Of a DNA stretch of 60,561 nt, positions 37,248-46,626 are shown piece after piece (positions within the stretch are counted from its first letter, which is position 1; every line of letters begins with the position of its first letter). The DNA is from Clostridia bacterium (GTDB lineage: Bacteria; Bacillota; DULZ01). Where the stretch lies: positions 1-60,561 of the forward strand of contig JAAZDD010000072.1 of the NCBI GenBank assembly GCA_012512955.1. Reading direction: 5' to 3'. The notes under the pieces were generated by a model. That model saw only the letters and a list, made by a program, of their open reading frames with translations, did not search any database and had not been told where the DNA came from. Both the position numbers and the translations under genes were made by a program.

Positions 37248-38258
37248 CTAAAGCTCAATAGCAACCGCATGAGCAATGCCTGGAACGCTCTCCCCCTGTT
37301 GTGAGGAGATGGGGCTGTGTAAGGCCCCGGTACCCAGGCCAAGTATCCTTTGGTAGCGACCGGCTTCCATCTCCTGCAGTAAAAAACCTGCCGTCACTAC
37401 CCCGGAGCAAGCACAGCCGCTTCCTCCTGCATGGACATCCTGAGAAGGATCATAAACCAACAACCCGCAGTCGGTATAATTCTTGCTCAAATCCAATCCC
37501 TGCTTTTCGGCCAGAGCTTGTACCAGCCGGTGACCGATGCGGGCCAGGTCTCCGGTAACGATTAAATCATAGTAATCCGGCTCCCTTCCCGTATCTTCCA
37601 AGTGCTGTTTGATGGTGTCAAAAGCGGCAGGAGCCATGGCGGCGCCCATATCCGTATTGTCGGTAACACCTAAATCAACAATTTTACCGACGGTGGCATG
37701 GGTTACTTTTGGTCCCTGTCCTTGAGCTGCCAATACCAAAGCGGCACTGCCGGTGACTGTCCACTGGGAGGATAAGTTTCTTTGAACCCCTTGCTCCGTA
37801 GGAAAACGGAACTGGCGCTCAGCGGTGGAATAATGGCTGGAAACGCCGGCCAGTACATAATCGGCAAATCCACCGTCCACCAGCATCGCCCCTAAAGCCA
37901 GCCCTTCATACATGGTAGAACAGGCGCCGTACAGTCCCAGGTAGGGTACAGGGACGCCCCTGGCGGTGAAAGTGGCGGAAATAATTTGATTGGTCAAATC
38001 TCCCGCCAAAAAGTAGTTGAGATCATCCATTGTTAAGTTGGCTTTTTCAACGGCCAGTTGAACTGCTTTCTCAAAGAACTTATATTCTGCTTTTTCCCAG
38101 GTATCTGCGTTAAAATAGGGATCTTCGGCAATCAGATCATAATAGTCTTTTAAGGGTCCTTTTCCTTCTTTAGGGCCCACTACAGTAGCTCTCCCAATAA
38201 TGACAGGGGGATTGGCAAAAGCGACTGTCTGTTTGCCGATTCGTTTGGGTGCAGTCAT
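37248..38258 (-). CDS. spoVAD: Stage V sporulation protein AD
   Basis: 336 aa. Thiolase/KAS-III-like fold, with GACSTM and GGSGCACS motifs characteristic of SpoVAD. Confidence 0.9.
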   Translation of the reverse strand: MTAPKRIGKQTVAFANPPVIIGRATVVGPKEGKGPLKDYYDLIAEDPYFNADTWEKAEYKFFEKAVQLAVEKANLTMDDLNYFLAGDLTNQIISATFTARGVPVPYLGLYGACSTMYEGLALGAMLVDGGFADYVLAGVSSHYSTAERQFRFPTEQGVQRNLSSQWTVTGSAALVLAAQGQGPKVTHATVGKIVDLGVTDNTDMGAAMAPAAFDTIKQHLEDTGREPDYYDLIVTGDLARIGHRLVQALAEKQGLDLSKNYTDCGLLVYDPSQDVHAGGSGCACSGVVTAGFLLQEMEAGRYQRILGLGTGALHSPISSQQGESVPGIAHAVAIEL

Positions 38259-38270
38259 AGAAGCCTCCCC

Positions 38271-38753
38271 TTAGGGTATCAAGTAATAGATTAAGCCGAT
38301 GATTACAGAAACAATGAATCCAAAAGTCAAGACCGGACCGGCCACCAGGAACATTTTGGAGGACAGTCCGAAAACATATCCTTCACTTTTGAATTCCAGG
38401 GCCGGTGCCACAATGGAATTGGCAAATCCGGTAATGGGTACGATGCTGCCTGCCCCTGCGAACTTCGCCAGGTTGTCATAGATCCCCAGTCCGGTAGCCA
38501 GGGAACCCAAAAAGATCATGACCGCTGCCGTTGAGCCAATGGCTGCCCTGGCAGTTAAACCCCAGGCGATGAAACCGTCCAGGATGATCTGACCGATTAA
38601 GCAGATGGTCCCGCCCACCAGAAAGGCACCGATGATATTGCGTAAGACAGGTACTTTCGGTTTTATTTTTTTGACCAAATCCTGGTACTCTTTTTGTTCA
38701 TACAACTTTCGCTCTATCGCAATTTGATGTTCCAATTCATTTGGTTCTATCAT
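38271..38753 (-). CDS. spoVAC: Stage V sporulation protein AC
   Basis: 160-aa membrane protein. FLVGGTICLIGQ, GAGSIVPITGFANS. Confidence 0.9.
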   Translation of the reverse strand: MIEPNELEHQIAIERKLYEQKEYQDLVKKIKPKVPVLRNIIGAFLVGGTICLIGQIILDGFIAWGLTARAAIGSTAAVMIFLGSLATGLGIYDNLAKFAGAGSIVPITGFANSIVAPALEFKSEGYVFGLSSKMFLVAGPVLTFGFIVSVIIGLIYYLIP

Positions 38754-38772
38754 TGTGAAACACCCCCATCGA

Positions 38773-38803
38773 TAGTTTGCCCTTGTTAAAGGTATTTTTA
38801 TGC
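38773..38803 (-). promoter_or_regulatory. Candidate forespore (sigma-G/sigma-F type) promoter of the spoVA operon
   Basis: Minus strand: GCATA (38803-38799), a 19-nt spacer, then CAAACTA (38779-38773). It lies 20 nt upstream of the GGGGGTG RBS/ATG of spoVAC. It resembles GHATR-N17/18-CATXHTA, but with one extra spacer nucleotide and one -10 mismatch. Confidence 0.3.
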
Positions 38804-38835
38804 AAAAATAAAACTAGCGGTTATCCAACCACTAG
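38804..38835 (-). terminator. Rho-independent terminator after the dodecin gene
   Basis: Minus strand: CTAGTGG-TTGGATAA-CCGCTAG (7 bp, one G-U) followed by TTTTATTTTT. Confidence 0.5.
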
Positions 38836-38854
38836 CTTATTGATAATAAAGGAA

Positions 38855-39064
38855 TTAAAAATCAGGGGTATCGCTGGCACAGGCAACTTTTACATTGGCT
38901 TTAAACTCACAGACTCGGCCGTTTTCCACATTGGCCGTCAGGTTATAGACCTCCACTCCCGTCACATTGGGGAGTTCTTTGGATGCTTGGCGAACGGCGT
39001 TTTCTACCGCGTGACGCCAACTGTTAGGCGATTCCCCGACCAGTTCCACTACTTTAACGTACAT
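38855..39064 (-). CDS. Dodecin family protein (small flavin-binding/storage protein)
   Basis: 69 aa. MYVKVVELVGESPNSWRHAVENAVRQASKELPNVTGVEVYNLTANVENGRVCEFKANVKV matches the dodecin (DUF1458) pattern. ATG at 39064 follows AAGGAGGG. The longer ORF to 39172 would run through the sigF terminator. Confidence 0.75.
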   Translation of the reverse strand: MYVKVVELVGESPNSWRHAVENAVRQASKELPNVTGVEVYNLTANVENGRVCEFKANVKVACASDTPDF

Positions 39065-39106
39065 ACCCTGATGTCCCTCCTTAGAAAGTAATTGAGCTTC
39101 CGGTTT

Positions 39107-39135
39107 TATTATTTCTAGGCAGTGGCTTATTATGC
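39107..39135 (-). promoter_or_regulatory. Candidate forespore (sigma-G/F type) promoter of the dodecin gene
   Basis: Minus strand: GCATA (39135-39131), a 17-nt spacer, then AATAATA (39113-39107). That is 6 of 7 against CATXHTA. It lies about 40 nt upstream of the dodecin ATG and just after the sigF terminator. Confidence 0.3.
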
Positions 39136-39143
39136 ACAGGTAC

Positions 39144-39172
39144 AAAAAAAAGCACAAGGGATTATCTTGCAC
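39144..39172 (-). terminator. Candidate terminator after sigF
   Basis: Minus strand: GTGCAAG-ATAATCC-CTTGTGC (7 bp, two G-U) followed by TTTTTTTT. The 5' arm includes the sigF stop codon. Confidence 0.5.
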
Positions 39173-39947
39173 TTTTTGTATCCTGACTTAGTAACTCCCG
39201 CATGGTTTTTAACGCTTGCCTTTCGATTCTGGAGATCTGCACTTGAGATAGGCCTACAATGGCCGCCACCTCTGTTTGGGTTTTGTCTTCAAAAAATCGC
39301 ATCATGATCACTTGACGGTGACGCTCCGGCAATTTGTCCAAGACTTCCTTCAGAGCCAATTTATCGATCCAGGCCTGATGATCTTTAGGATCACTCAACT
39401 GGTCCAGTAAAAAAATAGTATCTCCTTCATCCTGGTAGAGGGTCTCATAAATGGAGCCCGGTTGTTGAATGGCTTCCAAGGCAGCGATGATTTGTTCCTG
39501 TTTAATTCCCAACTGCTCAGACAATTCCGATAAAGAAGGCTCCCTGCCCAGTTTTTTGGATAATTGTTCCCGCAAGCGGTGGACCCGATAAGCAGTTTCC
39601 TTCAAGGAACGGCTTACTTTGACCGGATGGTCATCTCTTAAAAAACGTTTGATTTCCCCCACAATCATCGGTACCGCATAGGTAGAGAACTTAACATTAT
39701 AAGAGAAATCAAATTTGTCAATGGCCTTGATTAAACCGATGGTACCTATTTGAAACAGGTCTTCCAGTTCATAACCCCTGTTTTCAAAACGCTGGACCAG
39801 GCTGAAGACCAGTTTCAGGTTGCAATTGATCAGTTTTTCCCTGGCGCTTTCGTCTCCTTGTTTAGCCTTTTGCAGCAACTCAGCCATTTCCTCATCGGAT
39901 AACAGGGGGTACCGGGGTAGATTCATATCGGAAAGACGGGTGACCAT
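39162..39947 (-). CDS. sigF: RNA polymerase sporulation sigma factor F
   Basis: Sigma-70 regions 2-4 (LINCNLKLVFSLVQRF, DLFQIGTIGLIKAIDKFD, TQTEVAAIVGLSQVQISRIERQAL). It lies directly after spoIIAB. ATG at 39947 follows GGGGAGAG. Confidence 0.92.
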   Translation of the reverse strand: MVTRLSDMNLPRYPLLSDEEMAELLQKAKQGDESAREKLINCNLKLVFSLVQRFENRGYELEDLFQIGTIGLIKAIDKFDFSYNVKFSTYAVPMIVGEIKRFLRDDHPVKVSRSLKETAYRVHRLREQLSKKLGREPSLSELSEQLGIKQEQIIAALEAIQQPGSIYETLYQDEGDTIFLLDQLSDPKDHQAWIDKLALKEVLDKLPERHRQVIMMRFFEDKTQTEVAAIVGLSQVQISRIERQALKTMRELLSQDTKSAR

Positions 39948-39960
39948 AAATACTCTCCCC

Positions 39961-40401
39961 CTAATTAGGGGCCGCCTTGTCCGGCGCCAGTTTTTTGCGT
40001 AAAGTAACACTGGTTCCCTTGCCTACTTCAGAAACCACCTGAACTTCGTCCATAAAAGACTGCATAAATACGAAGCCCAATCCCGTCCGGTCGGGATGGG
40101 TTGAATAGGTAGGCTCCATGGCTTGTTTGATATCGGCTATTCCTTTCCCGTAGTCCTGGACAATGATTTCATAGTAGTCCGAAAAACGGGCCACTTCTAT
40201 TTCCACCCATTGATCCGAACGCTGATCATACCCGTGAATGATAGCGTTAGATACTGCTTCTGAGACAGCAACTTTGATGTCTTCCAGTTCATCGACTGTT
40301 AAATCCACCTGAGCAATGAATGCCGCTACAGACACTCGAGCCAGGGCAATATTTTCCGGGAGACTCTGAATAGTCAATTTTATCCGATTGATTGCCTTCA
40401 T
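39961..40401 (-). CDS. spoIIAB: Anti-sigma F factor (serine protein kinase SpoIIAB)
   Basis: 146 aa. HATPase motifs EAVSNAIIHGY, DYGKGI, RTGLGF. Confidence 0.93.
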   Translation of the reverse strand: MKAINRIKLTIQSLPENIALARVSVAAFIAQVDLTVDELEDIKVAVSEAVSNAIIHGYDQRSDQWVEIEVARFSDYYEIIVQDYGKGIADIKQAMEPTYSTHPDRTGLGFVFMQSFMDEVQVVSEVGKGTSVTLRKKLAPDKAAPN

Positions 40402-40413
40402 TGCATAGCCCTC

Positions 40414-40752
40414 CTAGTTGACATCCGCTAATGCCTGTTCTGTTTCCTGATATACTTTCATAATCCCCATAATGCCCGCCAACTCAAGAATCCGTTTAAC
40501 ATGGGGTTTAACACCCACTAGGGCCATGGTTCCTCCCTGCTCTCTTACCCTCCGGTAACGTCCTAAAATAACTCCCAAACCTGAACTGTCAATGAAAGAG
40601 ACATGCTCCATGTCCAGAATCAGGTTTTGGGCCTTGCCTCGTTTTAAATCCCTTTCCACCAGGTTGCGAAAAGTTTCCGCCGTCAACAGGTCCAGTTCTC
40701 CTTTTATTTTCACTACCAGGCTTTGGTCCACCATCTGTGTGTTCAATAGCAT
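40414..40752 (-). CDS. spoIIAA: Anti-sigma F factor antagonist (STAS domain, SpoIIAA)
   Basis: 112 aa. The STAS fold contains the phosphorylatable serine context FIDSSGLGVILG. Confidence 0.92.
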   Translation of the reverse strand: MLLNTQMVDQSLVVKIKGELDLLTAETFRNLVERDLKRGKAQNLILDMEHVSFIDSSGLGVILGRYRRVREQGGTMALVGVKPHVKRILELAGIMGIMKVYQETEQALADVN

Positions 40753-40785
40753 ATGGGTTCCTCCTACTGCAATGCTACTATGGAA

Positions 40786-40813
40786 ATTTCGCCGTCTTTG
40801 GGGCTTTTCCTGC
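40786..40813 (-). promoter_or_regulatory. Candidate sigma-H type promoter of the spoIIA operon
   Basis: Minus strand: GCAGGAAAA (40813-40805; fits RNAGGAWWW), an 11-nt spacer, then GGCGAAAT (40793-40786; RNNGAAT with one mismatch). It lies about 30 nt upstream of the AGGAGGAA RBS of spoIIAA. B. subtilis spoIIA is sigma-H/Spo0A dependent. Confidence 0.4.
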
Positions 40814-40823
40814 TAAATAATGG

Positions 40824-40862
40824 AAAAAATTAACGAGGTGGGTATTTTAATCAATACCCACC
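40824..40862 (-). terminator. Candidate terminator after dacF
   Basis: Minus strand: GGTGGGTAT-TGATTAAA-ATACCCACC (perfect 9 bp), then TCGTTAAT and TTTTTT. The U-tract is offset by 8 nt, so this may be only a partial terminator. Confidence 0.35.
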
Positions 40863-40868
40863 CGAAAA

Positions 40869-42026
40869 TTATAATGATAATGTCCGGTGCAATGATTTGC
40901 TGAATAACTGCCAGAAAGAACTTCTCGCCACATCTTCCCCGGCTACCAGGTTCACACTCCTAATTTCCTGACCGTCATTATAGATCTTTATTAAACCCAC
41001 CGGTTGCCCCTTTTCCACAGGAGCGACAACAAAAGGAGGTGCTTCGATCTTTACTTCCAAACGGGAATCTTCATGTTTACCTATAAGAGCTCCTACTTTT
41101 TGTTCCGCCAACAAGGGTACCGTATCTTTCATTCCTTTGCTCACTTTGAGCTCCTGCACCTGTTCCCCTCGATCGTAAAATTGTTCGAATTTGAAACTGG
41201 CAAAGCCCCAGTTCAACAGTTTCATGGTTTCACCGAAATGACCGTTCTTCCGGTCTACCCCCATCACCACACTCAATAGCTCTACCCCGCTTCGCTCGGC
41301 GGAAGCGGTGAGATTCCTTCTGGCGGCAGAGGTGGTGCCTGTTTTTAGACCGGTTGTTCCAGGGTACCACCACAACAATTTATTGGTATTATAAAGAATC
41401 AGAAGCTTTGGTTCGCCCCTGAAGGTATATTCCTTGATACTGGTCAGTTCTTTCATTTTGGGGAATTGCATTGCCCATTGGGCAATGAGGGCCATATCCC
41501 TAGGGCTGGTATAATGATTATCGTCATGAAGCCCATGAGAGTTAGTGAAATTGGTATTGGTACAACCCAATTCTTTTGCTTTTTCCGTCATTTGTTGGGC
41601 AAAAGCTTCTTCTGAACCGGCCAAAAACTCGGCCACGGCAGCACTGGCATCATTAGCGGACCCTACGGAGATGGCGATTAACATTTCTTCCAAAGTAAAT
41701 TTTTCTCCCGGTTCCAGGTAAACCTGGGTTCCCCCGTAGCCTGCCGCATGTTCACTGGTGATTACTTCATCCTCAAGGCTGACGGTCCCCTGTTCTACCG
41801 CCTCCAAGGCCAGTCCCAGGGTCATTATTTTAGTCATACTGGCCGGGTACCACCTTTTATCAGCTTCTTGTTCGAAGAGCACTTGCCCCGTCAAAGGATC
41901 TACCAAAATGGCTCCCTCAGCCTCCAGGGTTAATTGCGGAGGACCTGAGGCTCCCGAAACCGGTTGATGGCCGGTGCCAATCAGGAAAACAGCCGACAAC
42001 AATAGGGCAGCGAATCGTCTCAACAT
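40869..42026 (-). CDS. dacF: D-alanyl-D-alanine carboxypeptidase (sporulation-type PBP5 homolog)
   Basis: SxxK (SMTKIMT), SxN-like (NSHG) and KTG (LKTGTT) motifs, plus a signal peptide MLRRFAALLLSAVFLIG. ATG at 42026 follows GGAGG. It lies immediately upstream of spoIIAA, as in Bacillus. Confidence 0.88.
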   Translation of the reverse strand: MLRRFAALLLSAVFLIGTGHQPVSGASGPPQLTLEAEGAILVDPLTGQVLFEQEADKRWYPASMTKIMTLGLALEAVEQGTVSLEDEVITSEHAAGYGGTQVYLEPGEKFTLEEMLIAISVGSANDASAAVAEFLAGSEEAFAQQMTEKAKELGCTNTNFTNSHGLHDDNHYTSPRDMALIAQWAMQFPKMKELTSIKEYTFRGEPKLLILYNTNKLLWWYPGTTGLKTGTTSAARRNLTASAERSGVELLSVVMGVDRKNGHFGETMKLLNWGFASFKFEQFYDRGEQVQELKVSKGMKDTVPLLAEQKVGALIGKHEDSRLEVKIEAPPFVVAPVEKGQPVGLIKIYNDGQEIRSVNLVAGEDVARSSFWQLFSKSLHRTLSL

Positions 42027-42078
42027 CTGATTACCTCCTCTGTACAACTGCTGCCTTTATTATGTCCCGGCCAAAGTC

Positions 42079-43383
42079 TTAAAATTCCACACCGTGAATG
42101 AGGGGCGGTTTTTCCGGTTGAAGATCTGAAAGCCGGTAAGCCTGGAGTATCTTTTGGACTGCCTCCAAACCCTGCTGCTCCGTAGCTGCATGGACATACG
42201 CAATTAACTCACCGGCCGCCACCGGCTCTCCAACCTTTTTACAAAGACGGATACCTACAGCCGGATTAATCCTGTCTTCTTTAGTTGCCCGTCCTGCCCC
42301 CAGTACCATGGCGATATGACCAATCCGGTAGCAGTCAATACCGGCTACATACCCGTCAGCCCCGGCAACAACCGGAAGGACCACCGGCGCTTTGGGCAGC
42401 AGTTCCAGGTCCTCCGTCACTCTCGGATTGCCGCCCTGGGCTTCCACCATTTGAGCGAATTTTTCCAGGGCTTGACCGGAACCCAGAATCCTTTCCAGCC
42501 GGCGGTAACCTTCTTCCTCACCGCTTGCGGCCCCGGCCAGAGTCAACAGGCGGGCTCCGATGGTCAAGCATAACTCCGTTAAATCAGCCGGTCCCTGTCC
42601 TTTTAGCGTTTCAATAGCCTCCCTGACCTCCAGGGCATTCCCCACGGCATACCCTAATGGCTCATTCATATCGGTAATCACGGCCGAGGTAGGATGTCCC
42701 AATCCACGTCCGATGGAAACCATCACTTTGGCTAAAGCGAAGGCATCTTCCGGCGTCTTCATAAACGCACCCTTTCCTGCTTTTACATCAAGGACAATGG
42801 AATGGGCACCGGAAGCCAGTTTCTTGCTCATGACGCTGGCAGCAATTAATGGTAAACTCTCAACGGTACCCGTTACATCTCTCAAAGCGTACAGTTTTTT
42901 ATCGGCGGGCACCAGGTTGCCGGTCTGTCCTACAATGCTGACCCCAATCCTGTTTACTTGTTCAACGAACTCCTGAATGGACAGATCCAGGCGCATGCCC
43001 GGAATTGTCTCCAGTTTGTCGATGGTTCCGCCGGTATGTCCCAGGCCCCTCCCCGACATTTTGGCCACAGGAACACCGGCTGCCGCCACCAGCGGTGCCA
43101 ATATAATGGTTGTGGTATCTCCTACCCCTCCGGTACTGTGCTTGTCCACTACAATTCCGTCAACGTCGGATAGGTCAATGACTTCTCCGGAACGGATCAT
43201 CGCTTCCGTCAAAGCAATCGTTTCCCGGTCAGTCATTCCTCGGAAATAAACGGCCATTGCCCAGGCCGCCATTTGATAGTCAGGAATTATTCCTTTGGTA
43301 TAGTTATCGATCAAAAAATGTATTTCCGCCTCTGACAAGGCTTCTCCGTCTCTTTTCTTGGCAATTAAATCCACTGCCCGCAT
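42079..43383 (-). CDS. pdp: Pyrimidine-nucleoside (thymidine) phosphorylase
   Basis: 434 aa. KHSTGGVGDTTT and SGRGLGHTGGT motifs. Confidence 0.92.
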   Translation of the reverse strand: MRAVDLIAKKRDGEALSEAEIHFLIDNYTKGIIPDYQMAAWAMAVYFRGMTDRETIALTEAMIRSGEVIDLSDVDGIVVDKHSTGGVGDTTTIILAPLVAAAGVPVAKMSGRGLGHTGGTIDKLETIPGMRLDLSIQEFVEQVNRIGVSIVGQTGNLVPADKKLYALRDVTGTVESLPLIAASVMSKKLASGAHSIVLDVKAGKGAFMKTPEDAFALAKVMVSIGRGLGHPTSAVITDMNEPLGYAVGNALEVREAIETLKGQGPADLTELCLTIGARLLTLAGAASGEEEGYRRLERILGSGQALEKFAQMVEAQGGNPRVTEDLELLPKAPVVLPVVAGADGYVAGIDCYRIGHIAMVLGAGRATKEDRINPAVGIRLCKKVGEPVAAGELIAYVHAATEQQGLEAVQKILQAYRLSDLQPEKPPLIHGVEF

Positions 43384-43396
43384 GACCTAATCCTCC

Positions 43397-44218
43397 TTAC
43401 AGGGCCCCGATAATGCCGGAAATAAGCTTCTGAAATTCCCCTTTACCCTTCTCCGCCGTAGCTACCACATCTTCATGATCCAACCTGGCATGACCTAACC
43501 CGGCAGCCACATTGGTAATGCAGGAAAGGCCCAGGACCTGCATTCCACCGTGATTAGCCACGATGACTTCCGGTACGGTGGACATACCCACTGCATCAGC
43601 ACCTAATAGGCCAAGGAGTTTCACCTCCGCAGGAGTTTCATAGCTTGGTCCACTGACCCAGGCATAGATGCCCTCTCTTAAAGTCATACCCAGCCTTGCA
43701 GCCGTCTGCCGGGCAATTGCCTGTAATTCAGGTGAATAAGCTTCCGTCATGTCCGGAAAACGGGGGCCCAGTTCAACATGATTGGGACCCCTCAAAGGAT
43801 TAAGGCCCAGAAAGTTGATGTGATCCGTAATCAGCATAATGTCACCGGGCTGAAAACAAGCGTTAATCCCCCCGGCGGCATTGGTGATGATTAAGGTTTT
43901 GATCCCTAATTCCCTCATCACCCGGATGGGAAAAGTAACTTCCTCCAGACTGTATCCTTCGTAATAATGAAAACGCCCCTGCATAGCCAATACCTTTTTT
44001 CCCTCAATGATTCCTGCCACCAAGCGACCGGAATGGCCCTCCACGGTTGTCACCGGAAAATGAGGTATCTCATGGTAAGCAACGGTCATGGGCTCCCGGA
44101 TCTGCTCCACTAAATCCCCCAGGCCGGAACCCAGGACCAGTCCTATCTGAGGATGATTAAGGCATTGCAATAAGTAGGTACTTGTTTCCTTGATCTTTGT
44201 CAACAGCTGTTCCATCAA
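43397..44218 (-). CDS. punA: Purine nucleoside phosphorylase (PNP family I, inosine/guanosine type)
   Basis: 273 aa. GSGLGDL, GRFHYYEGY and GMSTVPEV motifs. Confidence 0.9.
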   Translation of the reverse strand: MMEQLLTKIKETSTYLLQCLNHPQIGLVLGSGLGDLVEQIREPMTVAYHEIPHFPVTTVEGHSGRLVAGIIEGKKVLAMQGRFHYYEGYSLEEVTFPIRVMRELGIKTLIITNAAGGINACFQPGDIMLITDHINFLGLNPLRGPNHVELGPRFPDMTEAYSPELQAIARQTAARLGMTLREGIYAWVSGPSYETPAEVKLLGLLGADAVGMSTVPEVIVANHGGMQVLGLSCITNVAAGLGHARLDHEDVVATAEKGKGEFQKLISGIIGAL

Positions 44219-44233
44219 ATGTTACCTCCTGCC

Positions 44234-45124
44234 TTAAGCTCTGGGATGAGTATCATTGTATACTTGTTTGAGTCTTGCTTGAGTAATGTGAGTATAAATC
44301 TGGGTAGTGGAAATATCGGCATGGCCCAGCATCTCCTGGACTGCCCTCAGATCGGCCCCATGCTCCAACAGGTGAGTTGCAAAAGAATGCCGCAAAGTGT
44401 GAGGAGTAACGTTAGTTTTAATGCCGGCTTCCTTAACGTATTTTTTTAAGATTTTCCAGAAACCCTGTCTTGTCAAGCGAGTTCCCAGATGGTTGAGGAA
44501 CAAGGCATTCAATCCGGCTCTCTTAGCCAGGCGTCCTCTTCCCTTGCGAAGATATTGTTCAAGGTACTTTACGGCCAGGGAACCGATGGGTACCATGCGT
44601 TCTTTGGCTCCTTTCCCCATGCAACGGAGAAAACCGGCCTCCAGATGAACTTGATCCAGGTCCAAGGACACCAGTTCACTGACTCGTAACCCGGTGGCAT
44701 ACAACAATTCCAACATTGCTTTGTCCCGGAGTCCCGCCGGGGTGCTGAGGTCCGGCTGCTGTAGCAATCGTTCTACTTCTTGTTCATTCATAACCTGGGG
44801 TAATCTCATCCCTATTTTCGGTGTTTCCAATTTGGCCGTGGGATTTGTTTCCACCAGGCCTTCTACCAACAAAAACTTGTAAAAAGTTTTAAGGGAAGCC
44901 AGGTGGCGGGATACGGTAGTAACTGCTTTTCCTTCCTTATTTAGCTTCATCAGATAGAGAATAATTATGTTCTCATTAATTTCCGCGAGGCTTTTGATTT
45001 GATTGTCCTTCAAGAATTTTTGCCAGCATTGGAGATCCCGGTAGTAGGATTCCATTGTATTGTCCGCCAGTCCCCTTTCAACAGCCAGGTGCTTTATAAA
45101 GCCGTCAATATAATGGTCCAGCAT
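44234..45124 (-). CDS. xerD: Site-specific tyrosine recombinase XerD
   Basis: 296 aa. An N-terminal SAM-like domain, and a catalytic region with TGLRVSE, HTLRHSFATHLLEHGADLR and LGHADISTTQIYTH. Confidence 0.9.
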   Translation of the reverse strand: MLDHYIDGFIKHLAVERGLADNTMESYYRDLQCWQKFLKDNQIKSLAEINENIIILYLMKLNKEGKAVTTVSRHLASLKTFYKFLLVEGLVETNPTAKLETPKIGMRLPQVMNEQEVERLLQQPDLSTPAGLRDKAMLELLYATGLRVSELVSLDLDQVHLEAGFLRCMGKGAKERMVPIGSLAVKYLEQYLRKGRGRLAKRAGLNALFLNHLGTRLTRQGFWKILKKYVKEAGIKTNVTPHTLRHSFATHLLEHGADLRAVQEMLGHADISTTQIYTHITQARLKQVYNDTHPRA

Positions 45125-45244
45125 ATCCTCACCTCGGGAAATAGTTCTTGTTTCATTGGTAGTTCAACAGGGCACCTTTGGTTTCCTGTTTTTGGACAAA
45201 AAAACTCCCAAAATTCTCCCTGTTCAAAGAGAACCCTGGGATTA

Positions 45245-45880
45245 TTAAAAGGGAAAATAAGAAATAACCAATTTCATCAGTACCGGAGAACAATAGGCTT
45301 CCAGCAAGCCAGCCCCGACAATCACCATGCCCAGTATCCCCATACTCAGACTGTAAGCCAGAAACTGCTGTAAAATACCGGAACGCCCCAGTTCTTGTCT
45401 TCCTTTTACCAGCCAAATGGAAAAAGTAATTCCCAAGACCCCTGCTGTAATCAACGCCGGCAGGAGCAGGACATTGGGAGGGGTAAGCCCGGTGATGGCC
45501 AGCAGGACCCCTTGTATTCCTTTTGCCTCCACCAGGAAACCCGCCGTAAAGCCTAGAGTGAAACCTTCTACAAACAGCAAAATGAGGATCAGAGGGGTTC
45601 CGACGACCGTTAACCCCAGAAACCAAATTAAACCCATTGTCTTAAAATTGTTATATAAAGATTGGCGTACTACCGTCAGTTGATCTAAACCGATTCCTTC
45701 CAAACCTACGATAAAAGAAGAAAGATATTCTCCCAACTCCAGTGCTTCATCAGGGGACAACAGCTTTACCGTTACGGTACCCATGATTACCCCCAGCACC
45801 AGGCAAGCCAGCACTAAAAGATACAACCACAGGTTGTCCCGGAAGTGACTGAGCCAGATCTTTTTGAGACTTTTAAGCAC
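45245..45880 (-). CDS. spoIIM: Stage II sporulation protein M
   Basis: 211-aa polytopic membrane protein with the SpoIIM-like pattern (FLFVEGFTLGFTAGF, PPNVLLLPALI). It lies next to xerD, as in many Firmicutes. Confidence 0.8.
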   Translation of the reverse strand: MLKSLKKIWLSHFRDNLWLYLLVLACLVLGVIMGTVTVKLLSPDEALELGEYLSSFIVGLEGIGLDQLTVVRQSLYNNFKTMGLIWFLGLTVVGTPLILILLFVEGFTLGFTAGFLVEAKGIQGVLLAITGLTPPNVLLLPALITAGVLGITFSIWLVKGRQELGRSGILQQFLAYSLSMGILGMVIVGAGLLEAYCSPVLMKLVISYFPF

Positions 45881-45948
45881 ACCGGTTCCTCCCTAGTCAT
45901 GATACTTAATGTTTATGGAAGAAAGGGCCGGATTATAACCAACTTGTC

Positions 45949-46626
45949 TCAAACACCTGCCAGGTCTCGCCTTAAGATAGCCAACCGGGTTAAATACTGG
46001 GCTGCCAGAATATCTTCCTGAGCTTTACTGCTGGCAGCGACGAAGCAAAGGTCTTTTTTCAGGGCAGTTGCCAAAGCCAGGGCTCTGTTCACTCCTGCTT
46101 CAGCAGGCTCTTCTCCCCTCATTCTCCAAGTCCGGGCAATAGTTGCCGTCAAAACAGTTCCCCCGGCTGTCCGGGCAGCATCAAAAGCAACTCCGCCGGA
46201 ATTAGTCACGGCAATCACTACAGACTGCTCAAAGCTGACCAATTTAGCGGTGGTAATGCCCAAATTGGGCACTATTTGATATTCGGCTACGCCGGCTGCC
46301 CTTAATCCTTTGATTACGGAACGGCAGGATCGCAGTCTCTGCCGGTTACCTCCCCACCGGGGTTCTGCCACGATCACTACCGATGCGCTCCGGGACCTGG
46401 CTTCCCGGCCTGCTTGATAACCTATGGCGACCGGATCCACCGGGACAGGTGCACTGGCTTGGTCAGGACTTGCCCCGTATACGTTGAGAGCACCTCCTTC
46501 CAAGGCGGCTTCCAAGGTAGTAGACATATCAATCAAATCAACGATCACGACGATCTGCTGTTGTAAACCTGCCAGCCTGGCTCCCGATGCATCCGTCGAA
46601 CAATTGATAACCGGCTGCCAATTCAT
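45949..46626 (-). CDS. Hypothetical protein (weak N-terminal resemblance to 2-phosphosulfolactate phosphatase/ComB fold)
   Basis: 225 aa from ATG at 46626, which follows AAGGGTGAG. The IVVIVDLIDMSTTLEAALEGGALNVYG segment is reminiscent of the ComB VVVIDxLRxxxT motif. This is a low-confidence functional hint only. Confidence 0.5.
   Translation of the reverse strand: MNWQPVINCSTDASGARLAGLQQQIVVIVDLIDMSTTLEAALEGGALNVYGASPDQASAPVPVDPVAIGYQAGREARSRSASVVIVAEPRWGGNRQRLRSCRSVIKGLRAAGVAEYQIVPNLGITTAKLVSFEQSVVIAVTNSGGVAFDAARTAGGTVLTATIARTWRMRGEEPAEAGVNRALALATALKKDLCFVAASSKAQEDILAAQYLTRLAILRRDLAGV

Noticed and set aside
45125-45244. Hairpin-like sequence after spoIIM (CCCAGGGTTC...GAACAGGG followed by T-runs)
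   Set aside because: Pairing is limited to 4+3 bp with internal mismatches. It is not convincing as a terminator.
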